Below, in pieces: positions 18,801 through 29,144 of a stretch of 64,000 bases of DNA. The position numbers and the translations under genes were made by a program. The stretch lies in contig CAWDVR010000006.1 of NCBI GenBank assembly GCA_963805975.1, forward strand, positions 264,800 through 328,799. Direction: 5' to 3'. Positions within the stretch are counted from its first letter, which is position 1. Each line of letters begins with the position of its first letter. This stretch comes from an uncultured Acidobacteriota bacterium. Its GTDB lineage: Bacteria > Acidobacteriota > Thermoanaerobaculia > Multivoradales > SZUA-115. Below the pieces are notes generated by a model. It made no database searches, was not told where the DNA came from, and saw nothing but the letters and a program-made list of their open reading frames with translations.

Positions 18801-20706
18801 GGCCTGCGGCGTGACGTTGATGAGGATCGCCGGGGCGGTGCCGCCGTTCGCCACCAGCACCTGAGAGGTGGTGCAGGTGACGGTCTGGCTGACCACGTTG
18901 CAGGTCCAGCCGCCGCCGCTGGCGCTGGCGATGGTCAGGCCGGCCGGCACGGTGTCGGTCACCGTGATCGTGCCGCTCGTGTCCGTGGCGCCGATGTTGG
19001 TCACTTGCAGGGTGTAGGTTGCGGCCTGCCCCACCACGAACGCGGGCGGCGCCTGTTTCGCGAGGCTCAGCAAGGGCGGCTGGAGGATCTGGTAGGTGTG
19101 GGCCGCCACCGCCAGCCCGCAGGTGCTGACGCCGGTGATGGCGATCCCCGCGGAGGGGTTGACCAGCTCCATCTCGATGGTCTCCGGGCCGGGCGGAGTG
19201 TCGGGATCGGGGAGGATCTGGAGCACCGCGGCCAGGCTCACGGCGGTCGCCAGCGTGCCGTCGTAGCTGCCGGCGGGGATGGTGACCACCAGGTTCCCGG
19301 CCGCCGGAACCGTGCTGTAGTCGATGCCGCGCGCGGCCGTGCCGCCGGTGATGGCGATCTCCACCGTCTGGGGCGCCGCCACCACGCCGCTCACCAGCAG
19401 CCGGGGCAGGTTCGCGGTCGGCACGGTCTCCGGCCCGGAGGCGGTCGCGGCGCTGAACTCCACGGCCGCGACCAGCCCGGTGATGCGCACGTCGTCCATC
19501 AGGTTGCCGGCGGCCAGACCGCCGGCCGCGGAGACCGCGGCATAGGAGAGGTTGACCACCTGCGGCCCGCCGGAGCCGTTGGTGTAGCTCGTCTGGTAGC
19601 GGGTCCAGCCATTGGCCTGGGTCGGGTCCTGGGTGCAGCCGGGGCCCGAGACGACGGTGCAGGTATGGGTGCCGCCCGCCGCGTTGTTGTCAGCGACGGT
19701 GACCCACTGCACGTTGTCGATCAGCAACGCGGCGGTATCGACCCCGGTCCGGCCGCGATGGCGAAAGCTGATGGTGAAGGTCTCCGCCGGGTAGATGCAG
19801 ATCGGTTGCTGCGAGAGTCGCCGCGGGGTTGAACGCGTTGAGCTCGGCGAACTGCAGGCCCTCGGGTGCAGCGACCCCCAGGAAGCCGTTCGACCAGATC
19901 TCGATGTTCCCGCCGGCGCTGTAGGGCGAAGGGCTGGTGTTCGTTTCCGTGGTCGACCACCCCGGCACCACCGATTCCGTTCTCTGGGCGAAAGAGCTGC
20001 CGGGTATGACCGGGAGCTCGAAGCCCGAGTTCGTGAAGGTGCGCACGGCCGGCGGGCCTTCGATCACCTGGATCTCCGCGAGCTGCAACGCCTGCGAGGC
20101 GGCGAGCCGGTAGATGCGGACGTAGCGGGCGGTGTGGGTGCCCGCCTGGAGGTCGAGCGAGCTGTAGTTGGGGCCCGGCCCGGTACCCTGGGGCACTCCG
20201 ACGGCCTGCCCGTTGGCGTAGGTCAGCGAGTTGACGCCGACGTTGGTGAACGCGCTCGACGGGACGGCGGTCAAAGCTCCGGCGAGCACCGCCGGTCGCG
20301 AGGTGGTGAGGATCCAGTTCGAGGCGCCCGCGATGTCGGTGCGGTTCCAGAGCACGATGCGCTCGATGATGTAGTTCTGGCCGAGATCGATCTCGATCCA
20401 CTCGCGGTTCGCACCCGTTGCCGCGGCGGTCGTCTGGCAGCCCTGGGCCACCGTGAAATTGCCGTTGGTGTCGCCATCGGTGCAGGCGGAAGCGGTGGCG
20501 CCGATGTCGGACGACATGGTGACTGGCTTGCCCAGCGCCACGTTGTCGCCCGGCGCCGCCAGGGCCGTGCCCCAGGGCGCCAGCAGCGCCCAGGCTCCCA
20601 TCCAGAGCGCCAGCAGGTGAGCCGGCCGGAAGCTGTGTTGGGAGGACGAGCGGATCGAGCAGCTGGGAGCTCCCGCTGCGGACGTGGCGGCACCTCGCAT
20701 GGTCAC
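15870..20706 (-). CDS. Large surface protein: discoidin/F-type-lectin-like domain, CBM-like domain, Calx-beta-like domain, 8 DUF11-type repeats, IPTL-CTERM; apparent frameshift near 19812
   Basis: ORFs 19690..20706 and 15870..19727 join with a frameshift. 'NVALGKPVTMSS', 'WIEIDLG', 'ARYVRI'; C-terminus 'IPTLSGWMLMALALLL...RLR'. Confidence 0.85.
15990..19080. repeat. Eight about 387-nt coding repeats (DUF11-like Ig domains)
   Basis: Each starts P.L.L.KxGP and contains TVTD, W.C...TVTCTT and NTA...GGGD..C....RC. Confidence 0.9.
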
Positions 20707-20830
20707 CCCTCAGAAGACTGCTGAGACATCAATGACGGAAGTCTCTATCACTCTTATGTCGGAGCTAGCAAATTACGTTGGACAAATGGTTAACAGGTGT
20801 TCGCACGGAGTTGTACTGATGTACTTCCGC

Positions 20831-20858
20831 CGCTCGGGATCCGGATGGATCCCGAGCG
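20831..20858. terminator. Perfect 12-bp hairpin downstream of the CPA2 gene
   Basis: CGCTCGGGATCC-GGAT-GGATCCCGAGCG; no clear U-tract. Confidence 0.5.
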
Positions 20859-20886
20859 AGGACCGGAGCGGCGGGGATGGAAGGGC

Positions 20887-22884
20887 TCAGCCTTGCGCTG
20901 GCAGCTCGGGCCGCCCGCGCTCGAGCAGGGCGAAGGCGCGCTCCACCTCGGCGTGGCTGCCCACCAGCACCAGGCTGTCGCCGGTTGCGAGGGTGAGGTC
21001 CGGGCTGGGATTGGTCTGCGCCTGCTCGTCGCGCACCACGGCGATGATCGTCGCGCCGGTCTTGGTGCGCAGGCCGAGCTCGCGGATGGTGCGGCCGGCG
21101 GCGGCGCTGGCAGCGCCCAGCCGGTAGACCTCGGTGAGCCCCCCGGTGAGCACCGCGAGCAGCTCCTGCGGCAGCTCGCCGCCGAGGGTGCCGGAGCGCA
21201 GCAGCCGGTAGTCGCCGCCGCGCAGCAGGCGGATCTGGGCGGCGATGATGTTGCGCGGCACGTGGAAGCGCTCCAGCACGCGGGTGAAGATCTCGATCGA
21301 GGTCTCGAACTCCTCGGCGATCACCTCGTTGGCGCCGGCCTGCCGCAGGGCGTCGATCTCGTGCACCGCCCGCGTGCGCACCAGGATGTAGAGGTCCGGG
21401 TTGAGCTGGCGCGAGAAGCGCACGCTGCCCTCGACGGCGGTGAAGTCCGAGATGGCGAAGACCACCATGCGGGCGGTCTCGATCGACGCCTGCTCGAGGA
21501 TCTCGCGCCGCGTGGCGTCGCCGAAGATCACCGGCTCGCCGGCGCGCCGGGCGCGGCTCGCGAGCTCACCCGAGAGCTCGATCACCCGGTAGGGGATCCT
21601 CGTCTCCTTGAGCACCCGCGCCAGGTTGCGACCGTTGGTACCGAAGCCGACCACGATCACGTGCCCGGAGAGCGGCTGCCTGGCGAGCGCGGCATCCGCG
21701 GCCGGTGCCGTGGCCCGGGTCGCCCGCTGGACGAGCTCCGCCAGGCGCGGCGCCGCGGCCACCAGGACCGGCGCGGCGACCAGCGTCAGCACCGAGGCGG
21801 CAATCAGATTCTGCTCGAGCCCCGCCGGCAGGAAGTCGAGCCCCTGGCCCACCTTGAGCAGCACGAACGAGAACTCTCCCACCTGCGCGAGCCCCAGGCC
21901 GACCAGGATCGCGGTGCGCACCGGGAAGCCCAGCAGAGCGACGGCGCCGCCGGCGGCCAGCGACTTGACCACCACCACCGCCACGGCCACTGCGGCGATC
22001 GCGAGCGGGTGGGCGAGGGCGAAAGGCACGTCGAGCAGCATGCCGATCGAGACGAAGAAGACGCTGTTGAACACGTCGCGGAAGGGCGCCACCTCGGCCA
22101 CCACCTGGTGGCTGTAGTCCGACTCCGAGATCACGATGCCGGCCAGGAAGGCACCGAGCGCCAGCGAGAAGTCCAGCATCGAGGTGAGCCAGGCGAGGCC
22201 CAGGCAGGCGAGGAGAGCGCCGAAGAGCAGGATCTCGCGGATGCCGGTGCGCACGAGCTGGTGCAGCAGGCGGGGCATCAGGTAGCGGGCGGCGAGGAAG
22301 ACCAACGCCACGGCGGCCAGCGCGCCCAGGAAGCGCAGCGCGACGCTCAGGAACGAGGCGGGAGCGGCGCCCGCCAGCACCGGTGTCAGCACGATCATCG
22401 GCACCAGCAGGAAGTCCTGGAAGAGCAGGATGCCGATTGCCACCTTGCCCTGCGGCGCCTCGAGCTCGCGGCGGTCGGCGTAGAGCTTGAGCACCACCGC
22501 GGTGCTCGACAGCGCCAGCAGCATGCCGCAGAACAGCGCCTGCGCGAACGGCAGGCCCGCGGCCGTGGCCAGCAGCCAGCCGAGAAGGATGGTGGCCACC
22601 GCCTGCAGCGAGCCGCCGAGGAAGAAGGCGCGGCGGATGTGCTTCAGCCGCTCGGGCGAGAACTCGAGGCCAATGGTGAACAGCAGGAAGACGACGCCGA
22701 CCTCGGCGAAGATCTCGACCTGCTCGGTGTCCGAGACCAGCCCCAGCGCCGAGGGGCCGATCAGCACGCCGGTGAGCAGGAAGCCGACCACCGACGGGAT
22801 CTTGAGCTTGTGGCTGATCAGCACCACGGCCGTCGAGGCTGCGAGCAGCACCACGGCGTCGCGAAGGAAGTGGTCGAGGGTCAT
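20887..22884 (-). CDS. CPA2 (Kef-type) cation:proton antiporter with TrkA-N and TrkA-C
   Basis: 'LSSTAVV', 'LLFQD', 'QVGEFSF', RCK domain GFGTNG, C-terminal RCK_C. Confidence 0.93.
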   Translation of the reverse strand: MTLDHFLRDAVVLLAASTAVVLISHKLKIPSVVGFLLTGVLIGPSALGLVSDTEQVEIFAEVGVVFLLFTIGLEFSPERLKHIRRAFFLGGSLQAVATILLGWLLATAAGLPFAQALFCGMLLALSSTAVVLKLYADRRELEAPQGKVAIGILLFQDFLLVPMIVLTPVLAGAAPASFLSVALRFLGALAAVALVFLAARYLMPRLLHQLVRTGIREILLFGALLACLGLAWLTSMLDFSLALGAFLAGIVISESDYSHQVVAEVAPFRDVFNSVFFVSIGMLLDVPFALAHPLAIAAVAVAVVVVKSLAAGGAVALLGFPVRTAILVGLGLAQVGEFSFVLLKVGQGLDFLPAGLEQNLIAASVLTLVAAPVLVAAAPRLAELVQRATRATAPAADAALARQPLSGHVIVVGFGTNGRNLARVLKETRIPYRVIELSGELASRARRAGEPVIFGDATRREILEQASIETARMVVFAISDFTAVEGSVRFSRQLNPDLYILVRTRAVHEIDALRQAGANEVIAEEFETSIEIFTRVLERFHVPRNIIAAQIRLLRGGDYRLLRSGTLGGELPQELLAVLTGGLTEVYRLGAASAAAGRTIRELGLRTKTGATIIAVVRDEQAQTNPSPDLTLATGDSLVLVGSHAEVERAFALLERGRPELPAQG

Positions 22885-22962
22885 GCGGCGCGGATTGTAC
22901 AGGCGGCCAGAACCCCGCAACTGCTAACCTCGGGGCTCCACGGGATCGGAGGGAAGCTGCCG

Positions 22963-24762
22963 GTGCATGAACTGCCCTTACTGGTGAACATCGCCGTCGC
23001 CCTGCTCGCCGCCTTCGTCGGTGGCCTGCTGGCGCGGAAGGTCGGCGTGCCCACGCTGGTGGGATACCTGCTGGGCGGCATGGCGATCGGTCCTTTCACC
23101 CCCGGCTTCGTGGGCGACCAGGACGCCATCGGCCAGCTCGCCGAGCTGGGCGTCATCTTCCTGATGTTCGGTGTCGGCCTCCATTTTTCGATGAAGGACC
23201 TGTGGCGAGTGCGCGGGGTCGCCGTGCCGGGGGCCCTGGGCCAGATGGGTCTCGCCTCGCTCGCCGGCTATGCGCTCTGCCGTTCCTGGGGCTGGTCCGG
23301 CCAGGCGAGCCTGGTGGTGGGGCTCGCGATCTCGGTGGCCAGCACCGTGGTCCTGCTGCGGGGCCTGATCGACAACGGTCTCCTCGACACCCGGCACGGG
23401 CAGGTCGCGGTCGGCTGGCTGGTGCTCGAGGACCTGGCCACGGTCGTGATCCTGCTCATCCTGCCGGTGTTCACTGTCGGCGACAGCGGGATCGACGGGC
23501 GGGCGCTCGGCCTCACTCTCCTCAAGGCGGCGGCCTTCATCGCGCTGATGCTGCTGGTGGGGGCGAGGGTCGTGCCGTGGATCCTCTTGCGCATCGCCTC
23601 CACCCGCTCGCGCGAGCTCTTCCTCTTGCTGGTGCTCACCGTGGCGCTCGGCACGGCGCTCGGCTCGGCGGCTATCTTCGGGGTGTCGCTGGCCCTGGGC
23701 GCGTTCCTCGCCGGCGTGGTGGTCAACGACTCGCCCCTGAGCCACCAGGTGGGGGCCGATGTGCTGCCCTTCCGCGAAGCCTTCGCGGTGCTGTTCTTCG
23801 TCTCGGTGGGGATGCTGGTCGATCCCCGCTACCTGCTGGCCAACGCCGGTCCGGTGGCAGCGATGACGGCGCTGATCGTGGTCGGCAAGGGTGCCCTCAC
23901 CATCCTCCTCTGCGTGCTGCTGCGCCAGCCGCTGCGCACCGGGCTGGTGGTGGCCGCGGGCCTGGGCCAGATCGGCGAGTTCTCCTTCATCCTGGGCCAG
24001 GCCGGGGTGAAGCTGGGGATGCTGCAGCAGGAGCAGTACTCGCTGCTCCTCGCCGGCGCTCTGCTCTCGATCACCATCAACCCGTTGCTGTTCGGCCTGG
24101 TGGGGCCGCTCGAGCGTGCCGTCTCCCGCTCGCCGCGGCTCCGGCGCTGGCTGGACCCGCAGCCGCCGGTGGAGGACGACCCGGTGCCGGAGGGCGGCGG
24201 TCATGTGGTGATCGTCGGCTGCGGGCGCGTCGGCGGCCACATCGTGGATGTGCTGGGACGGGTGGGCGTGCCCCGCCTGGTGGTCGAGTCGGACGCCAGT
24301 AAGGTCGAGGAGCTGCACCGCAAGGGCGTGCCCCTGCTCTACGGCGACGCCTCCAACTCCGAGATCCTGAGCCACGCGGACCTGCCGCGGGCCCGCGCTC
24401 TGGTGGTCACCATCCCGGACGAGGCCGCGGCGGCGCTCACCGTGGCCGGGGCCCGGAGGCTCTGCCCGGAGGTGCCGATCGTGGCGCGGGCCGCCTCGCA
24501 GGCCGGCGTCAAGTACCTGGCCGATCTCGGCGCTCAGGACGTGATCCATCCCGAGCTCGAAGGCGGCCTCCAGGTCGTGCGTCACACCCTGCTCCGCCTC
24601 GGTTTCCCGCTCGCCGAGGTGCAGAGCTACGCCGACCTGGTACGGCGGGAAAGCTACGACACTGACGTCGACACCGACGAGGAAGAGCGCGCCATCCTCG
24701 AGTTGCTCGATGGCGGCGACGGCCGGCCAGGAGCTCAGGGGCCGGTGGCCCCGATCGCGTAG
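22963..24762 (+). CDS. CPA2 cation:proton antiporter, YbaL/RosB-like
   Basis: 'GPFTPGFVGD', 'LMFGVGLHFS', 'VASTVVLLR', 'GWLVLED', 'QIGEFSFIL', RCK domain; GTG start with RBS. Confidence 0.92.
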   Translation: MHELPLLVNIAVALLAAFVGGLLARKVGVPTLVGYLLGGMAIGPFTPGFVGDQDAIGQLAELGVIFLMFGVGLHFSMKDLWRVRGVAVPGALGQMGLASLAGYALCRSWGWSGQASLVVGLAISVASTVVLLRGLIDNGLLDTRHGQVAVGWLVLEDLATVVILLILPVFTVGDSGIDGRALGLTLLKAAAFIALMLLVGARVVPWILLRIASTRSRELFLLLVLTVALGTALGSAAIFGVSLALGAFLAGVVVNDSPLSHQVGADVLPFREAFAVLFFVSVGMLVDPRYLLANAGPVAAMTALIVVGKGALTILLCVLLRQPLRTGLVVAAGLGQIGEFSFILGQAGVKLGMLQQEQYSLLLAGALLSITINPLLFGLVGPLERAVSRSPRLRRWLDPQPPVEDDPVPEGGGHVVIVGCGRVGGHIVDVLGRVGVPRLVVESDASKVEELHRKGVPLLYGDASNSEILSHADLPRARALVVTIPDEAAAALTVAGARRLCPEVPIVARAASQAGVKYLADLGAQDVIHPELEGGLQVVRHTLLRLGFPLAEVQSYADLVRRESYDTDVDTDEEERAILELLDGGDGRPGAQGPVAPIA

Positions 24763-26093
24763 AGGAAGCGCCGGCCGCGTAGGTAGATCTCCTTGCCGAC
24801 GATGGCCGGCGAGGCGTCGAAGCCGTCGTCGAGCTTGTTGATGGCCAGCACCTTCATCTCGCGGCCCTGGGCGAGGACGGCGGTGGCGCCGTTCCTGCCG
24901 GGGATGTAGACGCGGCCCGCGGCGCCCACCGGCGAGGCGTAGACGCCTTCGACGCCAGGCAGGCGCTCGGGACCGAAGACCGCCTTGCCGGAGGCCGCGT
25001 CGAGCGCGGTCAGGATGCCCTGGTTGTGCTTCAGGAAGTAGAGGACGCCGCCGTAGAGGAGCGGCGAGGGCACGTAGGGCGTGTCCTGATCGTAGCTCCA
25101 GGCGACGGCCGGGGTGCCGGTGAGGTCGCCGCGCGCCCCGGCCAGCTTGATGGCCCTGAGCGCGTTACCCCGGAAGCCGCTGGTGACGAACAGCATGCCG
25201 TCGGCGGCGACCGGTGTCGGGATGGCGTTGGTCGTCATGCCGGTGGTCTCCCAGACCAGCGCACCCGTCGCGAGGTCGTAAGCCCTCACCTTGCCCGTGG
25301 CGTTGATCACCACCTGCTGCTTGCCGTCCACCTCGACCACCCTCGGCGTGGCCCAGGAGGTGCGCTCGTCGCGCGCCACCCGCCAGCGCTCGGCGCCGGT
25401 CTTGCTGTCCAGGGCGACGACGAAGCCGGGCCCTTCGTGGTCCCAGTTGACCACCAGCGTGTCGCCGGCGAGAGCGGGAGAGGCGCCTTCGCCGAAGGCG
25501 CTCCGGGTCTGCATGTCGCCCAGGTCCTTCTCCCACAGGAGCTTGCCGTCCCAGTCGTAGCAGTAGATCCCCTGCGAGCCGAACGAGGCCCAGATCCGCG
25601 CGCCGTCGGTCACCGCCGAGCCCGAGGCCCAGGTGCCGTCCGGGTGGGTGCCCTCGTGTGGCCTGGCCTGCCGCGCGGTGCGCTCCCAGACCACTTTGCC
25701 GGTCGCCCGGTCCAGGGCCAGCAGCACGAAGCGCAGCTCGCGGTCCGGCGCCACGCTCTGGGGCGGGCCGCTGCCTGCTGCGCCGCCGGCCGGCGGCGCG
25801 CTTCCCGGCGAAGGGGCCGGCGCGGCAGCGTCCACCGCGGTGAGCAGGAAGATGCGGTCGCCCCACACCACCGGCGAGGCATGGCCGCGGCCGGGGATCT
25901 CGACCTTGTAGCGCAGGTTGGAGGTCTCGCTCCAGGTCAGCGGCGGATCGCCGTGCGGGGCGACGCCGTTGCCATCCGGCCCCCGCCACTGCGGCCAGTG
26001 GTGGTCTGCCTCCTGGGGAGCAGGCTTCGAGGCGAGGGCCGTCAGGACGACGGACACGGCGAGCAGGGCGGTGATCGAGCCTCTCCAGCGCAT
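24735..26093 (-). CDS. Secreted PQQ-binding-like beta-propeller protein
   Basis: Signal peptide, 'WPQWRGP', repeated 'A.D..TG...W' blades. Confidence 0.9.
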   Translation of the reverse strand: MRWRGSITALLAVSVVLTALASKPAPQEADHHWPQWRGPDGNGVAPHGDPPLTWSETSNLRYKVEIPGRGHASPVVWGDRIFLLTAVDAAAPAPSPGSAPPAGGAAGSGPPQSVAPDRELRFVLLALDRATGKVVWERTARQARPHEGTHPDGTWASGSAVTDGARIWASFGSQGIYCYDWDGKLLWEKDLGDMQTRSAFGEGASPALAGDTLVVNWDHEGPGFVVALDSKTGAERWRVARDERTSWATPRVVEVDGKQQVVINATGKVRAYDLATGALVWETTGMTTNAIPTPVAADGMLFVTSGFRGNALRAIKLAGARGDLTGTPAVAWSYDQDTPYVPSPLLYGGVLYFLKHNQGILTALDAASGKAVFGPERLPGVEGVYASPVGAAGRVYIPGRNGATAVLAQGREMKVLAINKLDDGFDASPAIVGKEIYLRGRRFLYAIGATGP

Positions 26094-26118
26094 GGCGTTC
26101 TCCCTGGCGCAGGCGGAC

Positions 26119-27057
26119 CTAAGGTGAGTCGGAGGTCGCGACGCTGTTGGCCGCGGACCAGACGTAGCTTACCGGCGACTCGCTGCGCAGCGAGCACTGC
26201 TGTTGGTTCTGGCCTACCTGGTAGTCCCCGACATAGGTCGGGCACTGGCACTGGATCGGATCGCCGTCCTGCGGCGGCTGCCGGGCGCCCTTCTCGAAGA
26301 AGCAGGGTGCGGTCATGCAGCCGGCGTAGAGACCGTGGCACGGCGTCGAGCCGAGATTGTAGTCACCGTCCATGGCGAAGCTGAAAGCCGAGATCAGGTC
26401 CGCCTCCGGCATCAGGGAAACGGTCGGATCGTCCGGGTCCTGGTTGCGGACGTAGCCGCAGACCGGCGCCGGCTGCTGCTGGTCGCAGCCGGCGAGCGAG
26501 CCGTCCCGGCCGCAGTTGACGATGTTGGCGCAGTCCTCGCCCAGGGTGCCGCACTTCTGCACGGTCTCGTAGAAGGCCCCCAGGTTGAGTATGGAGTTGA
26601 TGTCCACGAAGTAGGGCCCGGAGGTGTAGACCTGGCAGGTGCAGTTCGCGAACTTGCCTTCACGGATGCAGGGCAGCTCCCGGTTGTCGTCGCTCGTACC
26701 GCCCGGCCACGGAGGCCCCGAGAAGAAGCAGAGGGCATAGGAGCCCTCCCGGCAATAGAGCATGTTCGTCGAGCTGAGCGCCGCACCCACGATGACGTTG
26801 GCCCTCGCCGGGCCGTACTCGGTGGTCCAGCACTGCGTCGGCTCGAAGGGGTAGTTGCTGCAGTCGTCACCGCAGGGCGGCGGTTGGGTGCAGGGCGGGT
26901 AGATCGGTTCCCCCGAGGGCGTTGCCGCGGCCTTCGCAGCGGGCTCTCCTCCCGGCGCAGGGTCGGTGGTGCGAGGGGAGGTGGCACACGCGCCGGCGAG
27001 GGCGACAAGCGCGAGGGCCACGATCCGCGCAGCAACTCCATGGGGAGCTCTCTTCAT
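26119..27057 (-). CDS. Cysteine-rich lipoprotein of unknown function
   Basis: Lipobox LAGAC plus about 20 further cysteines. Confidence 0.75.
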   Translation of the reverse strand: MKRAPHGVAARIVALALVALAGACATSPRTTDPAPGGEPAAKAAATPSGEPIYPPCTQPPPCGDDCSNYPFEPTQCWTTEYGPARANVIVGAALSSTNMLYCREGSYALCFFSGPPWPGGTSDDNRELPCIREGKFANCTCQVYTSGPYFVDINSILNLGAFYETVQKCGTLGEDCANIVNCGRDGSLAGCDQQQPAPVCGYVRNQDPDDPTVSLMPEADLISAFSFAMDGDYNLGSTPCHGLYAGCMTAPCFFEKGARQPPQDGDPIQCQCPTYVGDYQVGQNQQQCSLRSESPVSYVWSAANSVATSDSP

Positions 27058-27120
27058 ATCTACGGCCTCCTTCGAAGGGTCGAGGCAGTGTACGTGATCC
27101 GAGCGCGAGATCGAGGGGCC

Positions 27121-27169
27121 TTGACATCGGCTGTCATCTGTGTATACTCAGTATATGGATGTGCACAGC
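27121..27169 (+). promoter_or_regulatory. Sigma70 promoter TTGACA-N16-TATACT with overlapping YtrA-type inverted repeat
   Basis: Boxes at 27121 and 27143; ATG at 27155 (probably leaderless); TGTGTATAC..GTATA..GTGCACA symmetry. Confidence 0.65.
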
Positions 27170-27550
27170 GACCTCGTCATCTCCCAAGCCGACGCGCGGC
27201 CGATGTACGTCCAGATCATGGAGCAGATCAAGCAGCGCGTGGCCGTGGGGGACTGGCCGCCGGGCCAGGAGATCCCGTCGATCCGCCAGCTCGCCGTCGA
27301 CCTTCGGGTCAGCGTGATCACCGTCAAGCGCGCCTACCTGGAGCTCGAGCGCGAGGGAGTGATCGTGACCCGGCAGGGCAAGGGCTCGATGGTGGCGGAG
27401 GGGGCGGCCCTCCAGCCCCGGCTCCTGGAGCAGGACCTCAGCCGGCACCTCGATCAGGTCGCCCGCCTCGCCGCGCAGCTCGGGCTCACGCCCGAGGAGC
27501 TCCTGTCCAGGCTGCGCGAGACCACCGCCGCCCAGAAGGAAGAGGAATGA
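27155..27550 (+). CDS. GntR (YtrA subfamily) regulator
   Basis: 'PSIRQLAVDLRVSVITVKRAY', 'RQGKGS', short C-terminus, precedes an ABC ATPase. Confidence 0.92.
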   Translation: MDVHSDLVISQADARPMYVQIMEQIKQRVAVGDWPPGQEIPSIRQLAVDLRVSVITVKRAYLELEREGVIVTRQGKGSMVAEGAALQPRLLEQDLSRHLDQVARLAAQLGLTPEELLSRLRETTAAQKEEE

Positions 27551-27551
27551 C

Positions 27552-28448
27552 ATGACGACCGCAGCGATTCAGCTCGAAGGGGTGGAGAAGCGCTACCGCC
27601 ACTTCACTCTCGACGCCATCGACCTCCTGCTCCCCGAGGGGCAGATCATGGGCTTCATCGGGCCCAACGGCGCCGGCAAGTCCACCACCATCCGCATCCT
27701 CATGGCGCTGGTGCACCAGGACCGGGGCACCGTCCGGGTGCTCGGGCACGACATGCCCACCGATCAGGTGGCCGCCAAGCGGCAGGTGGGCTTCGTCTCC
27801 GAGGACCTGCGGATCTACGGCGCGGCCACGCTCGCCTGGCACATGCGCTTCATCCGCTCGATCTACCCGAGCTGGGACCAGGCCTATGCCGAGCGGCTGG
27901 TGCGGCGCTTCGGCCTGAAGGCGGAGCAGAAGATCAAGGGGCTCTCGCACGGCCAGCGGGTGAAGGCGGCGCTGCTGCTCGTCCTGGCGCGGCGCCCCAG
28001 GCTGCTGGTGCTCGACGAGCCGACCACCGGGCTCGATCCCGTGGCCCGTCACGAGGTGCTCGGCGAGCTGATGGAGGTGCTGGCCGACGAGGAGCGGACC
28101 ATCCTCTTCTCGTCGCACAACACGCTGGACGTGGAGCAGATCTCCGACCAGATCACCTTCATCGACCAGGGCCGGATCATCGACAGCGGCGACAAGGAGA
28201 GCTTCCTCGACCGCTGGCGCCGCCTCCGGGTCGAGATACCGCCCGGCGTCGTCCTGCCTGCCCTGCCCGGCGTGGTGCAGCAGAACGGCAGCGGCCGGCT
28301 GGCGGTGATCACCACCGACCGCTTCGAGCCTGCCATGGCCGCCGCCTACAGCCAGGCCGGCGCCACGGTCCACGCGGTCGAGCCGATGACGCTCGAAGAG
28401 ATCTTCGTCACCAACGTCCACGCGAGAAGAGGGGAAGGCAAGCCATGA
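27552..28448 (+). CDS. ABC transporter ATP-binding protein (YtrB-like)
   Basis: GPNGAGKST, LSHGQ, LDEPT, SSH. Confidence 0.95.
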   Translation: MTTAAIQLEGVEKRYRHFTLDAIDLLLPEGQIMGFIGPNGAGKSTTIRILMALVHQDRGTVRVLGHDMPTDQVAAKRQVGFVSEDLRIYGAATLAWHMRFIRSIYPSWDQAYAERLVRRFGLKAEQKIKGLSHGQRVKAALLLVLARRPRLLVLDEPTTGLDPVARHEVLGELMEVLADEERTILFSSHNTLDVEQISDQITFIDQGRIIDSGDKESFLDRWRRLRVEIPPGVVLPALPGVVQQNGSGRLAVITTDRFEPAMAAAYSQAGATVHAVEPMTLEEIFVTNVHARRGEGKP

Positions 28449-29120
28449 GCTACGCGATGGTCGAGCGCCTGATCTACAAAGACTGGTACTTCAACCGCTG
28501 GGGCATCACCACGTACGTCGCCGCCGGGCTCCTCGCCCTGGTCCCCATTGCGGTGGGCGGCAAGGGAGCGTTCTACCTCGGCAGCATAGTGCTCATCACG
28601 GCGCTGATCTCGGTGGGCATCCACCTGGCCATGGTCACGGTGATCCACGAGCGCAGCGAGCACACCCTGCCCTTCGTGATGACGCTGCCGATCTCCGCCG
28701 TCGAGTACACGACGGCGAAGATCGTCGCCAACGTCATGATCTTCCTCGCGGCCTGGGTGGTCCTCGTGGTGGGCACCCTCGGCGTGATCGCCGGCCGCGC
28801 GGCGCTCCCCGACGGGCTGATCCCGTTCGCCGTGGTGGTGCTCTTCCAGCTCCTGGTGGGCTACGTCCTGCTCCTCGCCATGGCCCTGGTGTCCGAGTCG
28901 CAGGGCTGGGCGATCGGCGGCATCCTGCTGGGCAACTTCCTGCTCCAGGGCGTGATGTACTGGATCTCGAACGTGCCCGCCATCGCCCAGGACATGAAAG
29001 GCGACTCGATCGCCTGGCGCCAGCCCATCCCCGCGCTCCTGGGCGGCAGAGCTCGCCGTGATCGTCCTGCTGCTCGTCCTCACCTTCTACTTGCAATCGC
29101 GGAAGACCGATTTCCTCTGA
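28445..29120 (+). CDS. ABC-2-type permease; apparent +1 frameshift near 29048
   Basis: TM helices and 'ERSEHTLPFVMTLP'. The last TM and the 'RKTDFL*' end lie in the shifted frame. Confidence 0.8.
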
Positions 29121-29144
29121 GGCTCCAGGAGACCCGGAGAGACC

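Noticed and set aside
15765-19832. 1355-aa plus-strand ORF and other long antisense ORFs (e.g. 38871..41567, 33828..36563, 57965..59911)
   Set aside because: Shadow frames of real high-GC genes with Arg/Gly/Ala-rich low-information translations.
20797-24762. 1321-aa fusion protein
   Set aside because: The first 722 codons are antisense to the Kef-type antiporter; the real gene starts at GTG 22963.
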